A DNA stretch of 64,000 bases from Octopus vulgaris. Lineage: Eukaryota. The notes below the pieces were generated by a model, which saw only the letters and a program-made list of their open reading frames with translations, was not told the origin of the DNA and did no database searches. Below, in pieces: positions 54,950-64,000 of this stretch. Where the stretch lies: assembly GCA_951406725.2 (NCBI GenBank), contig OX597835.1, positions 33,356,001-33,420,000 on the forward strand, read 5' to 3'. Position numbers and translations under genes: made by a program. The number at the start of each line of letters is the position of its first letter. Position 1 is the stretch's first letter.

Positions 54950-55022
54950 ACTTGCCTGAAGAGAAGGTTACATTGTTTTACACCATTTGATCAGTGATAT
55001 CTTCGAAACGTGTGTCGGAAGT
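54950..55022 (+). ncRNA. Type-I hammerhead ribozyme motif
   Basis: acttgc-CTGAAGA-gaaggt...atcttc-GAAAC-gtgt-GTC-ggaagt; one mismatch in stem I. Confidence 0.65.
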
Positions 55023-55084
55023 AAAAGAATTTGAATAACACCTGCGTTTAACTCCATTTATTTATTTATATATATGTATGTATG

Positions 55085-55123
<39 letters not shown>

Positions 55124-56120
55124 ATGAATGTATGTATGTATTATGTAGACACATACAAGCATACATACTCACAACTAGATGGAATTTGTTGTATTTAGTT
55201 GTGAAGTGTGGATAATATATTTACATAGAGCGAGATAGAAATTAATAACCGGAATTTTGAAGAAGGGTGTCTTCTTAAATATTAACTCAATGTTTGCGAG
55301 AAAGTGCATACCAAATTAAATAAATCTGTTTTCTGCTATGTAATACAGTGGTCTTGAAAAACCTCCATTAAAAAGAATTAATTATGTATTTCATAGACAA
55401 AATTCCTCGAGTTATGTGAAATCTGAAAATGTAACTGTTAACACAAAACTCTATTAATGATATTCTAAAGTGGGATTTGCATATTAGAAGCTAAATCAAA
55501 TTAATATCTCCTTAATATTTATAATGTAATGGATTATATATGGACGGAGATGGAAATAAAATTTAACTCATAATGGCAATATTTTTAAAAGCTTTATGTA
55601 ATGAGAGATAGAAGTTCAACGAAATGTGTAAGGTGGTAAAAGACATATTACTTTACCTAGGTTGTTTAATGATTCTATTATATTTCGAGAAAGATACGCC
55701 TTATCAAATATAAGATAGAAAATAATCGAAGGCTGCGTGTAATTATATCATCGTTAGCATAATTATTACATGAATGATTAAAAGTATAACTAGAAATAAT
55801 TATATTATGAAATAGATTGACAGAAATACCCCAAGGTAAGTTGGTGTTAATATATTTAATGTATGCATGATTCCGAAGAATAAGATCCATAAGGGGTAAT
55901 GATTAGATAGCAGTCTGGATTTGAGAAAAGAATTTTGTTATTAACTGATACTTTTCCAAGGATTTCAACAACACATAAGTCAATGTTTTGTTCGTTTTGT
56001 GACAAAATCACCGACGTGTAGCCTTCGCTATACTTAGCGAAGTCGGCATAGAAAGATAATTGTTTTCGAGAATATAGGAATTAAAAGCTCACATGCCCTT
56101 GGAAAATTAACTATGTGCTG

Positions 56121-56149
56121 TAATGATGATGATGGTGATGGTGATGATG

Positions 56150-56241
<92 letters not shown>

Positions 56242-56263
56242 AAGAAGAAGAAGAAGAAGAAGA

Positions 56264-56333
<70 letters not shown>

Positions 56334-56365
56334 TGATGATGATGATGATAATAATAATAATAATA
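56121..56365. repeat. Compound (GAT)(AAT)(AAG)(AAT)(GAT) microsatellite
   Basis: Read directly. Confidence 0.95.
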
Positions 56366-56864
56366 CAAAAGCATATCAAATTTATCATCCTTGCTTGCAA
56401 AAAGAACATATTAGGTAATGGCTTATAACGTTCTCGTTGTCATTTATCCAAGAAATAGATCTTGTAAGATCCTTAATAGACCTTGCATTATGTTAACACT
56501 AACTTAATTACATTATTTTATATGAAGATGGCGTCTCTGTAATTTCTGATTGAAATAATTTCGCTCTTATCAAAAGGAAAAAAAAAAGACGTAGGACACA
56601 GCATTTCAGGTTCCGATGTGATTAACAAACATTTTATTAGAAAAATTGAGAAGGGTAGATAGACTCACAACGACATTACATACAACTGCATATGCATGCA
56701 AACACACGGATACACACGAACATATATATACGCGTAGAATCCTTTTGCAAGAACTCCATCACAGAGATCTATAATGATTCGAGATTTACTTTTTACTTTC
56801 CTCAATTTGTTATTATTATTTTTTTATCCATTTCAGATTTCTCTTTGATGTTTGAATACAACAG

Positions 56865-57292
56865 AAAATTGTGGCAACATTGGAAGAAAATGAAAATCGG
56901 GATTCAAATGAAAACTCCGGAAGAAAAAAAAACAAACAAACATATTTTAATCAATTGGAGTTCATTTTATGTATTTTGACATAAAGTTAGGAATCAATTT
57001 CAGATTTTCTTTCTTAGCCTTTGATACATTCCTCTTTCAGTATTTATTTAGAAAATCAATTTGGGATTATTTAAATAAAAGGACAAAAATACAGAAAGCT
57101 AAACTGTAATGCTTATATCTACATCCTGGAAGTTTTTTATTTTTAGTATAATCCTCTGTTTAATATAGTTAAATATGTGATTGTTGTTTTACAACTGTAT
57201 CACAAAATATTATGGAAACTTCTAGTGATATTCGCCATTTTGTGTGCGGCCTGCATTTATATTCTACTTCATATGTTTACTTCGCAAATAAG
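56865..57292 (+). pseudogene. Possible heavily decayed SLC6 (sodium:neurotransmitter symporter) N-terminal fragment
   Basis: Collinear motif remnants across frameshifts and stops: FNQLEFILCIL, GINFRFSFLAF, IPL..YLE.NLGLF, NPLFNIVKYVIVV, FIFYF, FTSQ. Confidence 0.35.
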
Positions 57293-57465
57293 TAGTTTCA
57301 AGTTCGATCACCCTGTACAGCATCTGGACAATTAATGTTGTATCACAGAATCAGTTCGACTTAAGTCTCTGAAGGAAATCTTGTCAGAAAATATGCAAAA
57401 GTGTACCATATAGATTACACCAATTCTTGTGTGAGATATCGAATACACTGATTCCTTTAATACAG

Positions 57466-57508
<43 letters not shown>

Positions 57509-57618
57509 GGGAGTAAATCCAAACTTACAGGGAAAAAATTAGACTTAGGAATAAATCTAATTTTACAGTATAAATATATATACATTATATATTTATATAT
57601 ATATATATATATATATAG

Positions 57619-57712
<94 letters not shown>

Positions 57713-57744
57713 TAGCGAGAAAGAAGCAACAAGAATGGATAGGT

Positions 57745-57835
57745 TTTTAGTACAATCGTTTCATACAAGGACAGGCTTTATTAAAAGTTGCAAAAATTAC
57801 AGCATATAAACGTGTCCTGTACTCATCAGCTAAAA
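57745..57835 (-). ncRNA. Type-I hammerhead ribozyme with extended stem II
   Basis: Reverse complement of 58021-58111. Confidence 0.8.
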
Positions 57836-58020
57836 TACATGTGAGTTCTCTAGACATCCTATTGGTTGAGGCTATACTCATGAAGTAGATAATTAAGTAA
57901 CATAAACAGATTTCCAAAGTTCATTAAAGTTCTTTAAAGATGATGTACAGTCTTATCACAGAATTTTAAAAATTTTGAGTATAGCCTCAACCAATAGGAT
58001 GTCTAGAGAACTCACATGTA

Positions 58021-58111
58021 TTTTAGCTGATGAGTACAGGACACGTTTATATGCTGTAATTTTTGCAACTTTTAATAAAGCCTGTCCTTGTATGAAACGA
58101 TTGTACTAAAA
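58021..58111 (+). ncRNA. Type-I hammerhead ribozyme with extended stem II
   Basis: ttttag-CTGATGA-gtacaggaca...tgtcc(t)tgtat-GAAAC-gatt-GTA-ctaaaa: canonical core, 6-bp stem I, GUA triplet. Confidence 0.85.
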
Positions 58112-58419
58112 ACCTATCCATTCTTGTTGTTTCTTTCTCGCTTATAATCACCCCACATTATTGTATTGTTAAAACAGTATAGTTTTTTTGGTGCATCTAA
58201 GTTAGGTACCATATTCAAGTAAATTCATTTAAATTAACTTGAATCTTTATTGCTTTTTGTATATATTTATATATATATTTATATATATATTAAATTAGAG
58301 ATAAAACCACTTTTAGGCAAATCAAGCAATGAAAAACATAAACCAAAATATAGAAATAAAATTAATTAAAGATTTAAATTATTTAAATTTATATATATAT
58401 ATATATATTTATATGCGCC

Positions 58420-58718
58420 CTTTTTAAGCCTAGCCAGACTCATGGGCCCGGTTTCCCGGTTTCTATGGCGTATGTGTTCCCCCCAGCTGGATGGGACGCC
58501 AGTGCATCGCAGCCTTACTCAAGAAAAAGTAAGAGAGAGAGAGAGAAAGTTGGGGTGAAAGAGTATAACAGGGGTCGCCATCACCCCCTGCAGGAGCCTC
58601 GTGCGGCTTTTAGGTGTTTTCGCTCAATAAACACGCACAACGCCCGGTCTGAGAATCGAAACCGTGATCCTCTGACCTCGAGTCCGCTGCCCTAATCACT
58701 GAGCCATTGCGCCTCCAA
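58420..58718 (-). mobile_element. SINE family C with V-like tail
   Basis: ccgctgccctaatcactgagccattgcgcctcca end; ctggatgggacgccagtgcatcgcag tail. Confidence 0.85.
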
Positions 58719-60472
58719 TACCGTTATATGGTCGCTCTAAAATTTATTGTTCTGTGCTACACCTGAGCACTTCATCCGTGTTTTGAACTTCTTCCATCTT
58801 TCCCAGGAATTTATGTCCGTTATTTCCCAAATTTTTACTGGATATCAATGTTTCAACCAACCACCTCAGTCACACCGTTACCACTATGTTTTATAAGTTC
58901 TCTGACCACTACTACTATTTGGAATTTTCCTCCTCCTATCAAATATGCCATCCTTTATTCTTACTCTCTCTCTCTCTTTCTCCATCGTATGTGTAACTGG
59001 AACTACCCCCTTAGAGACCTGGCAAAAATACACCTCAACCCATTCCCTTTATTCTGCAGTGAAATCTTCACTCAACTCTAACCAACCCTCAATCAAGTCC
59101 ACCAAATCGACCGCAGATCTTCTCTTGCACCCCGCTCATCTCATTCCCAACTTCATTCTTTTTCTCTAATTTTCCTCCACTCAGTACTACTATCTGTATA
59201 TATATATATCTCCCCCTCTGTCACCTCTTACATTAACTTCCTCCCCTTCATTCCTGCGTGTTCGTACCTGATGAGTTCATAGGTTTTTTTTTTCCTTTAT
59301 CTCACAAAGAACTAAGAATACTTTGTGGGAGATGAACTAGTGCGGTCAAACACTCACACATACATATGCATACAAATTTATTCACAAAACACTCATACAT
59401 AAACACGCGCACGCTTACACATTCACACAGAGAGGACTCCACGATGCTGAAAATTTCACATTCCTAATATGTATATACTCACATCACCACAACCACAAGC
59501 ATCACCATCATTTACATAGGCACATTTGTACCGTTCTTTTGTCTCCAAACATCCCATTAGCCAACCTTCCAGTCTCCAGTCATTCATTAGTTGACCTGCT
59601 TGTACAGAAACGCACGCATGGACACACTCACAATGCATCATGAGTGAAAGAGACGTTTCTGCTTCCCCATGTAAGCACACAAAGGCATACATCCAGACAC
59701 ACTTTCACAAGCTCACACAAGAAATTACACACAGGGATTTCTCTATATTACATAATACACACAAAGCGTACATACCAACGCATACATATACGCCAAAAAA
59801 ATACACCACTGACACACAAACGACTTGTCCACATTGAATCATTTCACGACCATAATATATACGAACACGTGGATACACACACAAAGATGCACACATAACA
59901 AGGATACACAAAACACATACACATGCGGTCACAAATACTAACAAACGCACAACGCACAGCGAACTACACACACATAAACTGCATTTCGAAATCCTTCATA
60001 CATTAGCGCATTCATATAAACACATAGTAACACACACTAACACACATGTATTCTAGGCTTCGCGCTTCTATGTTTAAACACACTATTCAGTTTCTCCTTC
60101 CAATTTCCGGTCAGTCAACGGTCAGCACAAAGCTCTTTCAAACGGATTGCAGTTCTTAACTTTTTCGCCATTTTCCTTCTTTCTTCTTTTATTTATTTAT
60201 TTTTTCTTTCTTTCTTTTATCTACTTCGATATTTTTCTTCATTCTCATTTCTCATTTTTCTACTTTCTCCAGTTTTCTCTTTCCTTTCACAATCTGTAGA
60301 ATGAAAATGTCAGAAACATTATCACAATTAACTCTTTACATTTCCTCGAGCAACAAGCTAATAATATTGATTGTGAACTTATCCGCTCTTAATGGTCATA
60401 TCGTTTATTCATTCACCTTCTTTTTCTGCTATTTTATATCTTTGTTCTTCGTTCTCACACACCCCTTCTTGT

Positions 60473-60539
<67 letters not shown>

Positions 60540-60608
60540 TAGAGAGATATACACATGCAGACACGCATATATATATATATATATATATATTTATACACAT
60601 ACACAGAC

Positions 60609-60643
<35 letters not shown>

Positions 60644-61457
60644 TATACATACATACAAATATGTATATGTGTGTGTAGATATAGTTATATATACATAAAT
60701 GCACGTACACGCTCACACACACATAAATGTGTGTATGTATGTATGTATGTATATAATATGAATAGGACATGATAATTAGCATATATCAAAAATATAATAT
60801 ATTGTTAAATGCCATATTCATTATAAATTCTCAAATATTATGTGTATAATAATCTCAATCATAACATGTGTGAGTCGGATAAATTCTCAATAACATTACA
60901 GTTTATACCGATATTGCATTTGCCTTTCATCCTTTCGAGGGCGATTAAAAGTAAGTACTAATTGATCATGGTGACTGATGTGTTCGATTTACTCCTCCCT
61001 TGTGCCAGATAGCCTTCTGTCAATTTTTAAACCCAATAATATTACTGTTTGCGCTTGATGCATTATCAGAATCGTTAGATTGTCGGTTAATTTTTTTTTT
61101 AATTTTCCTTCTGGCCTCGTATGTTCCGATTTCATATTACAGCAAGGTCAAATTTGCGCTTTTCCCTTTCGGAATCATTCAAATATAGCTTCAGTCAATC
61201 TGTGGAATCGATGCTAACGACCAAACTCATCAAGAATGGGGAGCGCACCGGACAAAATGCTTAGCGGCATTTTGAATACGAATGCCGTCGAGATCTATGT
61301 TCACATTCATCTAAAATAATTACAATAATTACCAGTTAAACACTGAGATCGATTACATCGACTTCATCATCACCATCAGCTGCTAAACCTTTGTGTCTCA
61401 AATTCTGTACCTCGTAAGCTTTCATGACGTATAAGTAATCATGCTCTCATCATTAAC

Positions 61458-61459
61458 TA

Positions 61460-61503
<44 letters not shown>

Positions 61504-61537
61504 AATAATAATGATGATGATGATGATGATGATGATG

Positions 61538-61627
<90 letters not shown>

Positions 61628-61687
61628 ACAAAAACAACAATGCTGATGATAATAATGATAATTATAATAATAATAATAATAATAATA

Positions 61688-61724
<37 letters not shown>

Positions 61725-61734
61725 CCATAATAAA

Positions 61735-61777
<43 letters not shown>

Positions 61778-61778
61778 T
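61458..61778. repeat. (GAT)n/(AAT)n/(TAT)n compound microsatellite
   Basis: Read directly. Confidence 0.95.
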
Positions 61779-62477
61779 CAGCATTTCACTTCAATGAGGC
61801 TCCAATCCGTTTCAGATTTTATTCATTTTTCTACTGAATTATCTGGAATAACATGAAATGAATTGCTTTGCACAAGAACACAACGCACGGCCCGGTCTGA
61901 AAATCGAAACCGCTACTCTGCAATCTTATGTGTATCACCCAAACCATTAGGCCACACAACTTTTCCCTCCCCTTAACCAATATATGCCCATAAAAAATTT
62001 TCACTGTATTTATATTAAATGCTATGGTAAGATTTCCCAATCTGGAAGAGAAGGACGGTATGCAACGGTTAGCTATGGGTGTCGACTAGCTACTGAGGAT
62101 TTCGTATGCTCAGTCAGATGTTTCCTGGTAAGTGCAAACTCAGACACGTAGGAGCAGGTTTTGTGTTGCGAAAACGCAACAAGGAATATATATGGGTTAA
62201 AATTGATAGTCTTCTACGTAAATTATAAGAGTTGAAAGAAGAGTGGCCTCTTCTTAGGATAATAGACTTCCTACTATAATTTTAGTCGTTTGGTAAGGAG
62301 GGAGTTTGGTGAAGGAGAGTAGAGGAGGTAGAGTTAGTAGACCAGAAGATAAAGACAAACAGACAATGAATGTTAGACAAAACATAATAGCGCCTATTTG
62401 TGAATAGGCATCGTTAGTAAGGGACAATAGCGCTGGTCCAACCATAAAAATGGAATATATAAAAAGATATAAATTAA

Positions 62478-62514
62478 TAGATAGATATACAGATAGATAG
62501 ATGGATAAAGAGAT

Positions 62515-62564
<50 letters not shown>

Positions 62565-62606
62565 TTAGATAGATAGATGGATAGATAGATAGATATAGAT
62601 AAATGA

Positions 62607-62637
<31 letters not shown>

Positions 62638-62661
62638 TAGATAAATAAATAGATAGATAGG

Positions 62662-62717
<56 letters not shown>

Positions 62718-62718
62718 A
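62478..62718. repeat. (GATA)n microsatellite
   Basis: Read directly. Confidence 0.95.
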
Positions 62719-63035
62719 TAAATGATAAGAAGCAGAAAATAAAGAAGTATTAGATTTAACTCTGTATATGGGATCACAATTATTTTGTTTAAGCATTTTC
62801 GGTAAATCAAAAATAGTTCCCAAGTGATTACCAAAGATTGTTGACGAAAGACACTCACATGATTCAGTTTGCCATTACATAAATTATCAATTGTTTCTTA
62901 ATTCCAATATGTGTAACTTGACATTTTAAACGGAAACACTTTTCAAAGTTCATCCAAAATTTGGAACATTTTATGTTTAACCCAACAAATGAGGGTGAAT
63001 GTCACGTTTGTATATGATCTTGCCAATGTATATAT

Positions 63036-63074
<39 letters not shown>

Positions 63075-63125
63075 CGTGTGGTGTGTGTGTGTGTGCTGAT
63101 GTACGTCTAGGGTCTCTCTCTCTCT

Positions 63126-63184
<59 letters not shown>

Positions 63185-63401
63185 AATATATGTGTAGGCA
63201 AATGTATATGTATATAATATATGATGTCTATATATTTATTTACGTAAGTATGTATGTACATAAGATCCGTCTATAGAAATCTATGATTGTGTCTCTGTAT
63301 ATGTATATATATATGTATATGTATATATATATATTAATATATCTATATATATTTAAGTGAATATTTATTGCTATGTATATATGTATATTATTATATGCCT
63401 T

Positions 63402-63432
<31 letters not shown>

Positions 63433-64000
63433 TCGTACATGTATGTGACTATATATAGGCTTATTTTCCTATTGCCCTATCTTTATTATTTATTTCGCTT
63501 TACACCACCGTTTGTGACATTTAACTATTTAGATAGATAGTCAGACCACCTGGAATATGATATTTCAAATTTATTTAGATACTAACAATGTTTATATGAT
63601 ATTTATGATTAAAAATATTTTTTAGTGTATCTAGCTATATTAAAATATATTTATGTATTTTAAACAATATTTTACTGAATGTATATTAATATTGTTTTGC
63701 CATATATTTACCTTATATGCTTTAAACTCTCCCTATCTGCAATAGTAAATTATATTATTCTTAACCTCTATTTCAACTTATTCTCTGTTTTTTAGATTTT
63801 TGATCCTCTAATCTTTCATTTATTGTTATTCATATTTTACTAGTCGACATCAACTCCTATATTTCGTAAACTCTGTCTCTGTCTATTTCTATTTAGCTTC
63901 ACTTCATTACTATTTTCTTCTCACTTTTTCTCTTTTTATATTTTACAATCATTTATTTTCTAATATTATCAACGATAAATATAATTATTTTCCTTTTCTT

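Larger units (their letters stand above)
57714..58260. mobile_element. Head-to-head inverted Penelope-like pLTR cassette (167-bp arms 57714-57880 / 57976-58142) in (TA)n
   Basis: Arms differ at 1 position seen; each carries an intact hammerhead. Confidence 0.85.

Noticed and set aside
56011-56050. GC-rich hairpin cttcgcta-tact-tagcgaag as a Helitron 3' end or terminator
   Set aside because: No CTRR terminus or second copy in the window; intrinsic terminators are not relevant in this genome

Overview
AT-rich, microsatellite-saturated eukaryotic non-coding DNA. The SINE families and the (TA)n/(TAA)n/(GATA)n landscape point to an octopus or other cephalopod genome (inference). I found no intact host protein-coding gene, and almost all listed ORFs are microsatellite translations. 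The window holds three abundant tRNA-derived SINE families, several MITEs (Tc1/mariner-, hAT- and 8-bp-TSD types), a young 5'-truncated CR1/L2-group LINE (52954-54358), R4/Dong-like RLE-LINE remnants next to (TAA)n, decayed Penelope-like (GIY-YIG) remnants, a possible decayed SLC6 transporter fragment, and a 100-N gap. Two structures stand out. (1) There is a dispersed set of about 15 type-I hammerhead-ribozyme motifs. Three loci are head-to-head inverted Penelope/retrozyme-like cassettes inserted in (TA)n. One of these is a tandem 362-bp monomer carrying a U3-A8 core variant, and its inverted copy begins 1 nt from the predicted self-cleavage site. (2) A 10.7-kb A-A'-B'-B double palindrome (31623-42310) is hinged on (TA)n tracts. 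All coordinates were read by eye, and repeat boundaries are approximate.
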